From the IMG/VR virus record IMGVR_UViG_3300033066_001079, positions 13,017-77,016 of that record: a DNA stretch of 64,000 bases; one strand, 5' to 3'. This DNA comes from a virus. Taxonomy: Duplodnaviria; Heunggongvirae; Uroviricota; Caudoviricetes. The notes beneath the pieces are model-generated. The model saw only the letters and a program-made list of their open reading frames with translations. It was not told where the DNA came from and ran no database searches. Both the position numbers and the translations under genes were made by a program. Of the stretch, positions 37,779-45,825 are shown piece after piece (position 1 is the first letter of the stretch; each line of letters opens with the position of its first letter).

Positions 37779-38285
37779 ATGTTCCGATTCTTTATGGCGA
37801 TCATTAACTTCTTTTTTGGAGTCTCTCGTAACAAAAAGAAGCCACAAGCCAATGACAATCAACATTCGACAAACACGGAATCGGATTCTATCGTGCCTGT
37901 TGAAGCTCAGAACATTGAAGTTCATAAGGACAAGATTATGTTCCAGCCTAATATGTTGCACGCACGAAACCCTCTCGAATATCCTCCCAGCAAAGCTTCT
38001 CTTATAACAGATCCAACGGCTATTCCTTTGAATAGTCCTCCGCAGCTTCCTGCCGGTCATACTCCAACAAAGCACACAATAACGCTTGAGTGCAGCGAAA
38101 CAACAGTCATGCATCTACAAAGTCTATGTCGTTATTTCGAGCTTTCTCAGCCGGAAGCTATAGCAAGGGGAGTTTGGCTACTCACCATTGCCAGAGATAT
38201 TGAGATTGCAAATAAGAAGCTAGGCGTTCTCACAACAGACCATAATGGCCTTGTTGTTGACGTAGTGCCTGTCAATATTGTTTAG
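37779..38285 (+). CDS. hypothetical protein
   Basis: 168-aa ORF with normal composition. It is divergent from the gene at 37344..37691. Confidence 0.45.
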   Translation: MFRFFMAIINFFFGVSRNKKKPQANDNQHSTNTESDSIVPVEAQNIEVHKDKIMFQPNMLHARNPLEYPPSKASLITDPTAIPLNSPPQLPAGHTPTKHTITLECSETTVMHLQSLCRYFELSQPEAIARGVWLLTIARDIEIANKKLGVLTTDHNGLVVDVVPVNIV

Positions 38286-38571
38286 GCCTAGGTAGCTCGT
38301 CAATAAATAGCAGTTTTCTGCCAACCGCTTGATATTCAAGCGATCTTCTTATTGGCTCTACCATAGACGCAGCAAGAGCGTTCCTGCCCTCTTCTGTTTC
38401 AAGAGCTATTGAAATAATCCGTTCTTTATCAGCGTCCGTCAAAGGCTTTTTAGCAACTTTGACAGGTTCGACTTTAGGCGTTAGTAATGAGCCGACCTTG
38501 GAGATGATCAAACTCGTGCTGGAAACAGCGAGCAGACAACCTAGAAAGGTTCTTCTTGAAAGTTTTGCCAT
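38272..38571 (-). CDS. small protein with twin-arginine (Tat) signal peptide
   Basis: N-terminus MAKLSRRTFLGCLLAVSSTSLIIS contains the S-R-R-x-F-L-G Tat motif followed by a hydrophobic core. ATG with GAGG upstream. It overlaps the 3' end of def by 98 nt in another frame. Confidence 0.4.
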   Translation of the reverse strand: MAKLSRRTFLGCLLAVSSTSLIISKVGSLLTPKVEPVKVAKKPLTDADKERIISIALETEEGRNALAASMVEPIRRSLEYQAVGRKLLFIDELPRPKQY

Positions 38572-38917
38572 CTAATCCCTTTGCCTCAATAGAAATGTTC
38601 TTGAAACGGCGAACATTCTTCTTCACACCCGGTATCGACAAACAGCCCTCTTCTTCCACTTCGCTTCCAGAAGTGTGAAGGATTTTCGGGTTGATGTAGA
38701 CTTGGGGCAGAGGCATCTCATTAGGGATATACATTACAAACATCTGAACAGATAGGCCTACCTGAGGAGCAGCAAGTCCTATTCCGTTGTTTTCGAGCAT
38801 GATCTGAATCATGCGATCTGCTATCAACTTTGTCTGGTCAGTAATCTCTACAGGGATAGCAACCTGCTTGAGTACATCAGAGGGAGCAATAACAAGAGTT
38901 AGATCTTTTGGACTCAT
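38474..38917 (-). CDS. def: peptide deformylase
   Basis: Motifs GIGLAAPQVG, EGCLSIPG and QHEFDHLQG. The start is re-set to the ATG at 38917 (MSPKDL...), which forms an ATGA overlap with the upstream stop. Confidence 0.75.
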   Translation of the reverse strand: MSPKDLTLVIAPSDVLKQVAIPVEITDQTKLIADRMIQIMLENNGIGLAAPQVGLSVQMFVMYIPNEMPLPQVYINPKILHTSGSEVEEEGCLSIPGVKKNVRRFKNISIEAKGLDGKTFKKNLSRLSARCFQHEFDHLQGRLITNA

Positions 38918-39144
38918 ACTGACAAAATCTCGTTGTCTACCTCTTCGGTTGAACGGCCTTCTATTGCAGCGATTTCGCTCAGCATGGAATCGTAGCAAGC
39001 GGCTTCGTCAGCATCAAGACCTATCAGGTGATACTGTTCTTCGCAAATAGACAGCACCCAGTCTCCGCTTGCTTGTCTTTTCCAGCCCTTCTTTTCAAGA
39101 TACTTCCTGAGGAGAAACTCTTCGATTCTTCTGTTTAGGTTCAT
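38914..39144 (-). CDS. hypothetical protein
   Basis: 76-aa ORF, translationally coupled to def. Confidence 0.45.
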   Translation of the reverse strand: MNLNRRIEEFLLRKYLEKKGWKRQASGDWVLSICEEQYHLIGLDADEAACYDSMLSEIAAIEGRSTEEVDNEILSV

Positions 39145-39148
39145 AGAA

Positions 39149-39343
39149 TTACTTCCCTTCTCGATGTTCTTTAGAGATAGAAGACTGATCTAGGACTGCG
39201 CCCCACATCGTTCTATTCTCCGAGTTCTTGTTATTTTCGATATTTTTCTGTAGCGCATTCCAATCAATATTAGTTGGCAGTTTGTTTACGCTACTTATCT
39301 GTGCGCCGTTAAAACGAAAATCAGGGTTCTTTGGTTCGGCCAT
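39149..39343 (-). CDS. small hypothetical protein
   Basis: 64-aa ORF, the first gene after the long non-coding region. Confidence 0.4.
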   Translation of the reverse strand: MAEPKNPDFRFNGAQISSVNKLPTNIDWNALQKNIENNKNSENRTMWGAVLDQSSISKEHREGK

Positions 39344-40040
39344 TGTAATCTCCTTGTATAATCTCTTATAGCGATTTTTTGTTGAAAAACCTTGATCGAC
39401 AAAAGCAGGTTCCGATTAACTATAAACCTATTTTTTCATTGTCGAAGGGTCGAAGCTGCCTAAAGGTGTTTTATGCTCGCCAAGCCTCGCACCAAACACC
39501 TCGATAGAATCTCGCAAAGCCGTCGATTCTATCGTTGCATTAAGTATATATTCCATTCTGTGAATGGAATCTTGCGAGTTGGCCTTTTGCCCTCTTCGAT
39601 TGCGCTTAAGGGCGCTGCGCGTACCCTTTCAGCCTCCTACGCAACAAGAGTTGAGTAAAGATTAGGGAGGCTGAATCCGCAGTAACCTGCGTTGTTAGAT
39701 TGGTCTTTTGAGGTCGGTGTTAATATCTAACTCTCATTGGCAGTCAGACCGTCTCTGTTCGCCCATCCAGCGGATGAAATAGGGGCAAAGCCCGCTGGAC
39801 AGCTAGCCGTTTCCTTACGGAAGGGCAGAGAATACGCTAAAGAGGCCATTCTCTTAGCTGTATACCGCTCTTTATGGAGCGTTTAGCGTCTCCTCAACAA
39901 AGGTCAGAGACTTAGCCTAATCAAGTATAATGGCTTGAATTCCATTCAAGGCTGATCGCTAAGCCCTAATAGCAGGGCGATAGCTGTTTACACCACGTAG
40001 GGCTATCGGTACTGCAAATAGATTCAACCATGAATGCACC
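39344..40040. other. ~700-nt ORF-poor, hairpin-dense intergenic region (candidate structured ncRNA and/or regulatory hub)
   Basis: No credible ORF is present (only a 61-aa plus-strand ORF). It carries multiple perfect inverted repeats (CGATAGAATC/GATTCTATCG, TCAGCCTCC/GGAGGCTGA, CTTGAAT/ATTCAAG, CCAGCGG/CCGCTGG, TCCATTC/GAATGGA). The sequences ATTCCATTC and CGATAG recur. Confidence 0.3.
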
Positions 40041-40067
40041 AAAGAAAAAGCCCCGCTCGGGCGGGGC
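40041..40067 (-). terminator. rho-independent terminator after the acidic-protein gene
   Basis: On the minus strand the hairpin GCCCCGC-CCGA-GCGGGGC is followed by TTTTTCTTT. It lies immediately 3' of the stop at 40074. Confidence 0.7.
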
Positions 40068-40073
40068 TGAGTT

Positions 40074-40256
40074 TCAAAACTCGTCGTCCTCTTCATCATC
40101 TTCATCAAAATCGTCGTCGTCTTCGAAGTCATCATCGTCTTCGAATTCGTCCTCATCAAACTCATCATCTTCCAACTCGTCGTCCTCTTCATCCAGTTCC
40201 TTGAGATCTGGATCTTCTTTTTCTAGCTCATCCTCGTCGTCATCGTACTTGCCCAT
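40074..40256 (-). CDS. hyper-acidic 60-aa protein (DNA-mimic candidate)
   Basis: MGKYDDDEDELEKEDPDLKELDEEDDELEDDEFDEDEFEDDDDFEDDDDFDEDDEEDDEF. The protein is more than 70% Asp/Glu and has its own terminator. Confidence 0.55.
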   Translation of the reverse strand: MGKYDDDEDELEKEDPDLKELDEEDDELEDDEFDEDEFEDDDDFEDDDDFDEDDEEDDEF

Positions 40257-40267
40257 CGATGTTCTCC

Positions 40268-41008
40268 TTACACAAAGCGTTGTCGTTGAAGACTGAACTG
40301 TTCCTTATGAATGTTATCAAGAGCGATATCATTCAAATGCTCAAAGTGAGACGTTCTAAAAATCCGGTTCTTCTTAAGTTCAAGGAATCCTTCCCAGAAA
40401 TGAAGCCTTCCGGTCGCAAACTGCTCGTCCGTAAAGTTCTTGAACTCGTCTCGTACCTTTCGGGTATTTTCAAAGAACTTCTCAACCGGCGTTGATGCAA
40501 GACCCAAGAGGTCAATATCAACAATCAGTTGACCTTCATAATCGTCTGCGGGAGGGTTATACTTGTGCTTCGTATACATGACGAGATCCCAAACTCGTCC
40601 TGCTCGCTCACCTGCCCATCCCATTTGAAGAAGATCAATCAATGCAAGATCGGCGCTAGCTCGCTCATTATCGAAGCTCTTGTCGCCAACTCTGTAATAT
40701 GCGTCATGATAGAGCCAAGCAACCAGAACGCTATTTACTAAGCATTCGCAATGAGGTTCAATCTTTCGCAGAGCGTCAACGCCATCCCTGATATGATCAA
40801 AGTTGTGATAATTGCGAGGAATGGGTACTGAGTCGGCCCCCATAGCCACAGGCTGGTCGTAATGCTCCCTCAATCGTGTCCAAAATGATGTCGTATCAAC
40901 AAGGTCGTCCAAAGCAAAACCATTGTTGATCGCTCTGTCATAGATGTACTTGAAGTCCATTGAATGATCAAAGCGAGGAGGAGCCTTTGGTGGAACAACA
41001 ATGTTCAT
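40268..41008 (-). CDS. HD-domain metal-dependent phosphohydrolase-like protein
   Basis: YHNFDHIRDG...LYHDAYY gives an H...HD...D arrangement. The start is re-set to the ATG at 41008 (MNIVVPP), which forms an ATGA overlap with the coaD-like stop. Confidence 0.5.
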   Translation of the reverse strand: MNIVVPPKAPPRFDHSMDFKYIYDRAINNGFALDDLVDTTSFWTRLREHYDQPVAMGADSVPIPRNYHNFDHIRDGVDALRKIEPHCECLVNSVLVAWLYHDAYYRVGDKSFDNERASADLALIDLLQMGWAGERAGRVWDLVMYTKHKYNPPADDYEGQLIVDIDLLGLASTPVEKFFENTRKVRDEFKNFTDEQFATGRLHFWEGFLELKKNRIFRTSHFEHLNDIALDNIHKEQFSLQRQRFV

Positions 41009-41505
41009 TGAGGGGTTCCTTTTGCCATCATGCACATAGCGACATATTCAGGAACGTACTTCCGAATTTCTTCTACAGATCTCTCGTATCCCATCAGTCC
41101 TTTTACAAAGCTACTGGATACCTCTGCAAGATCAGTAGGAGGAACAAGGAAGAGCGTTTGAATGTCAGGAGCCATGCGGCTATTGATATTCTTGAAAGTT
41201 AGTTCGTATGCAAAATCGCCAGCATTTCGCACTCCACGCACGATGTAGTTGGCATTATTGGCTTTGGCGAAATCAACCAGATAAACCATGCCCATAACTG
41301 CAACTCGGCAGTTTCTATGGACATTGACTGCATTTGCCATTCGAACCCGTTCTATTTCGCTGAAGAGGTACTTCTTGGACGGGTTAACGCCTACTGCGAT
41401 AATGACTTCATCGAAAAGCTTTGCTGCCTCTCGAATTACCCACAGATGCCCATTAGTAATGGGGTCAAGGCTTGCGGCAAAGACAGCGCGGCGAATATCG
41501 CTCAT
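41005..41505 (-). CDS. coaD: phosphopantetheine adenylyltransferase-like nucleotidyltransferase
   Basis: LDPITNGH (PPAT H/TxGH motif) and IVRGVRNAGDFAYE (PPAT RGLR..DFEYE motif). The start is set to the ATG at 41505 (MSDIRR). The ORF-track start at 41583 is TTG. Confidence 0.65.
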   Translation of the reverse strand: MSDIRRAVFAASLDPITNGHLWVIREAAKLFDEVIIAVGVNPSKKYLFSEIERVRMANAVNVHRNCRVAVMGMVYLVDFAKANNANYIVRGVRNAGDFAYELTFKNINSRMAPDIQTLFLVPPTDLAEVSSSFVKGLMGYERSVEEIRKYVPEYVAMCMMAKGTPQ

Positions 41506-41539
41506 GGCGGCTATTCTACCCAACTTATTGCCACAATTT

Positions 41540-42496
41540 CTAGAACGAAGGCTCGTCTTCGTCAGAGGTTTCCAGCAGGTCAAATCGGTGCTGGTACGCC
41601 ACTACGCTTGCGTCAATAGCGTTTCCCGGTAGCTCCGTAATTTGAGCTACAATCTTGACTGCCAAGCAACCTGTCAAAGTCCGGAAAGCCTCTGACAGCC
41701 ATCGAATCCTCTGATTGACTTCTTGTATAGAAGAAAAGCGAATGGTTCTGAGCTTGAAGACGCTTCCCTTGTCATTCTCTTTGGTATTGACGTATTGATT
41801 ACTGCTAGGTCCGTCATAATGATGAGCAGCGAAGTCCTCGCTCTCATGGCATAGGATTAAAACATCCTTCGAAGTGATAGATACAGGGACTACTCTTTCT
41901 TCAAAAGGCAAAAGCTCCTGCTTATCAATGACAACGCAGTTGGTGTCCTCTTGGAAGTTTCCGATCTCTCTACTCAAAATATCCCAAGCGTCGTCTGGTC
42001 TATGAGCGACCGTCATGCGCTGCATAGTCCGCAATCGCAGCTTATGGATCTTTGCGTCTTTGAGGAAGAGATTCGTGCCTCCAATTGCAAAGAATCTCTT
42101 ACCCTGAGGGTCGATATGCCGAAAGACGTAAACCCTTATGTGTCTAGGGTTTAGAGTCGAGTGATTCCCAAAAGTTACAACAAACTTAGAGATGCGATAG
42201 ATAAGCTCTTCCTTAGTACCGCATTCAGCAAATGGAACCCAAAAACTACCAACAGAACAGTCCTTATGTTCATGGATAGCAACTTTTTTATCTTCCATGA
42301 GGGAAGCGTAGTGGGTTGTATCGAAGTTGATCGCAACAACTTGGAATCCGTCTCCCATAGAATCAACGTCGATAAAACGTCGTTCATATTTGACGTTCTC
42401 TTCCGCGAAATAATCAACTGCTGGCTGCTGAGCAGTCCAATCCAAAAGACCTGCGCTATTCGTTGGTGGGGCTTGGTTCATTTGGGTACCAGACAT
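41540..42496 (-). CDS. hypothetical protein
   Basis: 318-aa ORF with no motif. Confidence 0.5.
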   Translation of the reverse strand: MSGTQMNQAPPTNSAGLLDWTAQQPAVDYFAEENVKYERRFIDVDSMGDGFQVVAINFDTTHYASLMEDKKVAIHEHKDCSVGSFWVPFAECGTKEELIYRISKFVVTFGNHSTLNPRHIRVYVFRHIDPQGKRFFAIGGTNLFLKDAKIHKLRLRTMQRMTVAHRPDDAWDILSREIGNFQEDTNCVVIDKQELLPFEERVVPVSITSKDVLILCHESEDFAAHHYDGPSSNQYVNTKENDKGSVFKLRTIRFSSIQEVNQRIRWLSEAFRTLTGCLAVKIVAQITELPGNAIDASVVAYQHRFDLLETSDEDEPSF

Positions 42497-43031
42497 TTAC
42501 AAATCCATAATCGTTTATTTTTGCGTCGTCCAAGTTTGTAGAAACTGTTTTGCCGCACATAGCAAAGAACAGAGAAATAGATCTAACAAGAAGTCCCATA
42601 GCTGGCTCGTCCAAGCTTAGTTTGTCCATAAGCATGAACGCTCCTAGCTCGGATACAAGCCGTATAGCGTCTTGAGTTGCTACTATTGTCAGGTTAGTAG
42701 AACAAGAAAGCGTGGAAGTCAGATTAGTAACAAACTCTTCGTTAAGCGGCTCTTTTGTCTTGACTTCTTTTCGCATACTCTGAAGACCAGCCTTAGCGAT
42801 CTCAAGCATTCGATTAGAGTCAAAATATGAAACCGCCATAAGAAAAACAAAGGCAGGTCGATTCGACGTTTTAGCTGCAACGACTTTAGTGACCATGTTT
42901 TTGCGATACGTGCCTAACTCATACACGGAGTCGTCGGCCAAGATATTCTTGGCGTCAAAAATCATTGCATTAATGTGCCGAACTGCCTTGGTTCTTCGAG
43001 CCGTCTCTGACATTTCTTGCATGTTCGACAT
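42456..43031 (-). CDS. hypothetical protein
   Basis: 191-aa ORF. Confidence 0.5.
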   Translation of the reverse strand: MSNMQEMSETARRTKAVRHINAMIFDAKNILADDSVYELGTYRKNMVTKVVAAKTSNRPAFVFLMAVSYFDSNRMLEIAKAGLQSMRKEVKTKEPLNEEFVTNLTSTLSCSTNLTIVATQDAIRLVSELGAFMLMDKLSLDEPAMGLLVRSISLFFAMCGKTVSTNLDDAKINDYGFVNVWYPNEPSPTNE

Positions 43032-43040
43032 TTATGCTGC

Positions 43041-44051
43041 TCAATCGACTAGGAGTTGGCCCTTGATAACAGGGATATCGAATAGACAGTCCTCTCCGTA
43101 CTTCTCTCTCACGTAGTCAATGATGATTCCACTATGAGTAGTCACAATAAACTGCTTATCGGGGAAGGCGTCATGCAGTTTATCGATCATCTTCTTGTGT
43201 CGCTTGAAATACACATGCATTTCAATATTGTCTATCATGACGATATCACTTCTATCGATCATTGTAGGATCGCATAGACTTCTCAATAGAGTGGCAATCT
43301 TCTTTTCTCCGGCGCTCATGGATTTGTGATGAACCCGAACGTCGCCCTTTTCAATGACAAAATCCTGATAGAATGCGTTTTCGCCTTTTTCTACGCCTTC
43401 TGTTATTACGTCGTAAACGGCAGACCGAGACATTCCCGGGTCTACCTTGTTCTTTCGAACTGCGTCTATGTTGTCTGCATATGCCTTTAGCGCTCCGCTG
43501 AGGGCCTTGTTGCCAGCTTCAACGCCAGACGCAGAAACAGCCTTCTCTACAAAGCATTCATAGCCATAGATTGTGCGAGCTAGGTCTAAGAAAAGCTCTA
43601 TTCTCTCAGCAGGAATCTGGAACTTGTTCATATTGATAGGATGATCTGCGTCAATGTATACGCAATTATCAAACCCTCGATCAACCAAGTCGTTTCGAAT
43701 AACTTCGTCGTCCTTGATATGAACAATCAGGTCTCTCTTGCCATCCCAAAAGTTACCGATTATTTCCATCTCGTCAGAATACTTGGTAAAGCCCTGATAG
43801 TTTGGATCATAATCTGGATGGAATTGCATCTTACGAAGCAATAGATTCGTTTCGGTAGGATCTCTTTTCGCATATGCCTTGGCTCTGCATAGAACTGCAA
43901 TAGCGTTGAGCCCCGTACTCTTTCCGCAACCATTAGGACCAAAGAAGACGTTCAATGATTTGAAATCACCATTGTCTTTGGTGAAGATAAACTTGTTCTC
44001 GCCCTTGAAACCCGCATAGTTTTTTAGAACCAACGACTTAGCCTTAAGCAT
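43041..44051 (-). CDS. ABC/RecF/SMC-like ATPase (AAA_21-type)
   Basis: Walker A is FFGPNGCGKST, the signature-like motif is MSAGEKK, Walker B is IVMIDNIE and the H-loop is VTTHS. The start is re-set to ATG 44051, which has CTCAGGAGGTTTTT upstream. The ORF-track start at 44072 is TTG. Confidence 0.7.
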   Translation of the reverse strand: MLKAKSLVLKNYAGFKGENKFIFTKDNGDFKSLNVFFGPNGCGKSTGLNAIAVLCRAKAYAKRDPTETNLLLRKMQFHPDYDPNYQGFTKYSDEMEIIGNFWDGKRDLIVHIKDDEVIRNDLVDRGFDNCVYIDADHPINMNKFQIPAERIELFLDLARTIYGYECFVEKAVSASGVEAGNKALSGALKAYADNIDAVRKNKVDPGMSRSAVYDVITEGVEKGENAFYQDFVIEKGDVRVHHKSMSAGEKKIATLLRSLCDPTMIDRSDIVMIDNIEMHVYFKRHKKMIDKLHDAFPDKQFIVTTHSGIIIDYVREKYGEDCLFDIPVIKGQLLVD

Positions 44052-44118
44052 AAAAACCTCCTGAGTTGCCAATCTTACATCGGCTAACGCAGGAGGTTGG
44101 AGAAAGGTTAGTCTTATT

Positions 44119-44523
44119 TTACCCGTATTTGACTTCTCTGATCTTTTTCAATTGATCTGCAAGCTTCCATTGGAAACGAGCGTTGTTCCTAGGCTTAGAG
44201 TCAACAAAAGAAACATGATATTCGGTTCCAAGCGGGTTCCCATTTGGTACCGACATATGAACATCTACTACGATGACTGCATTATCTCGAAGAGCTTTCG
44301 ACTTGCTAAGGTTTGTGATTTTATTGCCAATGGAAGTAGCCATTGTTACAATTTTTTGCTCTCCATTAATAACGCAGTTTCCTCCAACTCTTTGATAAGA
44401 CCGGCTATCCTTTGGGCTTTTCTTAGAAGTAAACTTCTGGTTGAATGTAATCAATGGCAGAAATACTTCAACTCGAACAGTCTCGTTTCGAGGAAAGCGA
44501 AAGAATGGATTAGATGAGGACAT
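44119..44523 (-). CDS. hypothetical protein
   Basis: 134-aa ORF. Confidence 0.5.
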   Translation of the reverse strand: MSSSNPFFRFPRNETVRVEVFLPLITFNQKFTSKKSPKDSRSYQRVGGNCVINGEQKIVTMATSIGNKITNLSKSKALRDNAVIVVDVHMSVPNGNPLGTEYHVSFVDSKPRNNARFQWKLADQLKKIREVKYG

Positions 44524-44568
44524 AAGCCTCAGCCCTCCCGATTAGGGAGAGCCAAGGGGAGGAGAGTT

Positions 44569-45825
44569 TTAGCGAGAGGGAGCGGGAGCCGGAGCAGGAA
44601 CGGTTGTTGAGGTAGTCGTGGTTCTATTAGTAGGACTCATAACCGAGCGAACAGCGCTGAGGAAGTTATCGCTGAGCAAGTTGATGTTCATTCCCTGAGG
44701 GAGATAGCCCTGAATGCCGCTGAATGAGTTGCCCATAGACTGAGCAATCTGAATCTGAGCATAGATTTCTGCGCCGGGGGCAGAGTAAGAAGAGAACTCA
44801 AGCTTCTTGGCCGCTGCATTAGCTTCGCCCAGAGCCTTGATAGCAGACGCTCTCGCTTCTGCGGCTTCCTTCTCGGCATTTGCTGCGAGCTTAACCTGTT
44901 GAGCAGAAGCTTCGGCAGCAAGAACGGTCTGCTCTTTACTTGCCTTGGCCGCTTCGACCTGCGCTGCTGCAAGCTGCTGAGCCTTCAAGATAGCAACTTG
45001 CTTATCTCGTTCGGCTTCAACAACCGCTCTATTGAGGTCGGATTGAGCAACAGCTTTAGCCTTGAGAGCTTCTGCGTCTGCGGCCTTTGTTTCTTCATCA
45101 GCGCGAATCTTCTTCTGCTGAGCAATCTGACTCGCCTTGATCTCAAGAGTGTAGTTGGGGTCAAGACCAATCTTCTCGATTACGAAGTTGTCAACGATGA
45201 TTCCCTGATGACGAAGATCTCCCTCGGGATTCGCAAGCTCTTTCTCAATACCAGCTTGCAGAGCAACAAGTCCGTCGCCAGAGTAGGCGTCCATCGCCTT
45301 CATCTTAGTGACATGGTTCTTGACAATAAACATTATTGCCGGACGAATCAGCTTCTCTTCAAGAATGTCTTCGTCCCTAGCTCCCATATAGGCATGGTAA
45401 GTAGTATGCAGAGAGACAAGTCTCGCAGGATCAATTCTCCAACGAACATTCAAATTGACATGCATATCCTGTCTATCGCTAGACTGTACAAGATATGCGT
45501 CCTTATCTCTTCCCTTACCCTTTTCGCCATGAGTCATGTCGTTCATGACGAAGATTTGGCTGGACATATCGTAATGGTAGATGGACTGAGTGTACCTGTT
45601 GATAAAGTACATCTTTGTAGGAAGAGCTTGCGGCATAACGCCAAGCTTCCAGTCTTCCATGACCCCCATTTCGTTACCGCGAATCGTTTCTACGGAGCAA
45701 AAAGACAGTCCGCCTCCAAGAAGGATGACGGCTATGACTATGGAGATGATTGTCTTAATGGGCATGTTGTTTAGTCGCTTTCTCTTGTTGCGTGAATAAT
45801 ACGAAGTTGCTTCAATGACAGTCAT
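44569..45825 (-). CDS. SPFH/band-7 (prohibitin/HflKC-like) membrane protein
   Basis: N-terminal TM helix IISIVIAVILLGGGLSF, then an SPFH core and a long Ala/Lys/Glu-rich coiled-coil tail. Confidence 0.7.
   Translation of the reverse strand: MTVIEATSYYSRNKRKRLNNMPIKTIISIVIAVILLGGGLSFCSVETIRGNEMGVMEDWKLGVMPQALPTKMYFINRYTQSIYHYDMSSQIFVMNDMTHGEKGKGRDKDAYLVQSSDRQDMHVNLNVRWRIDPARLVSLHTTYHAYMGARDEDILEEKLIRPAIMFIVKNHVTKMKAMDAYSGDGLVALQAGIEKELANPEGDLRHQGIIVDNFVIEKIGLDPNYTLEIKASQIAQQKKIRADEETKAADAEALKAKAVAQSDLNRAVVEAERDKQVAILKAQQLAAAQVEAAKASKEQTVLAAEASAQQVKLAANAEKEAAEARASAIKALGEANAAAKKLEFSSYSAPGAEIYAQIQIAQSMGNSFSGIQGYLPQGMNINLLSDNFLSAVRSVMSPTNRTTTTSTTVPAPAPAPSR

Noticed and set aside
37692-38114. N-terminal 141 residues of the 256-aa minus-strand ORF at 37344..38114
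   Set aside because: This segment is Cys/Arg/Trp-rich and antisense to a normal-looking plus-strand gene (37779..38285). An internal ATG at 37691 has a strong GGGAGGAG SD, so the minus gene was shortened instead.
38272-38571. Possible frameshifted C-terminus of peptide deformylase continuing in the overlapping frame (GRKLLFIDEL resembles the PDF C-terminal helix)
   Set aside because: The PDF frame itself already reads HEFDHLQGRLI, which aligns with HEMDHLVGKLF directly after HEXXH. The similar peptide in the other frame lies ~60 codons further on, so it is coincidental.
39344-40040. tRNA or tmRNA gene in the long intergenic region
   Set aside because: I could not assemble a 7-bp acceptor stem with a T-arm (GTTCRA) and anticodon arm from the hairpins present, and there is no terminal CCA context. 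It is left as an unassigned structured region.
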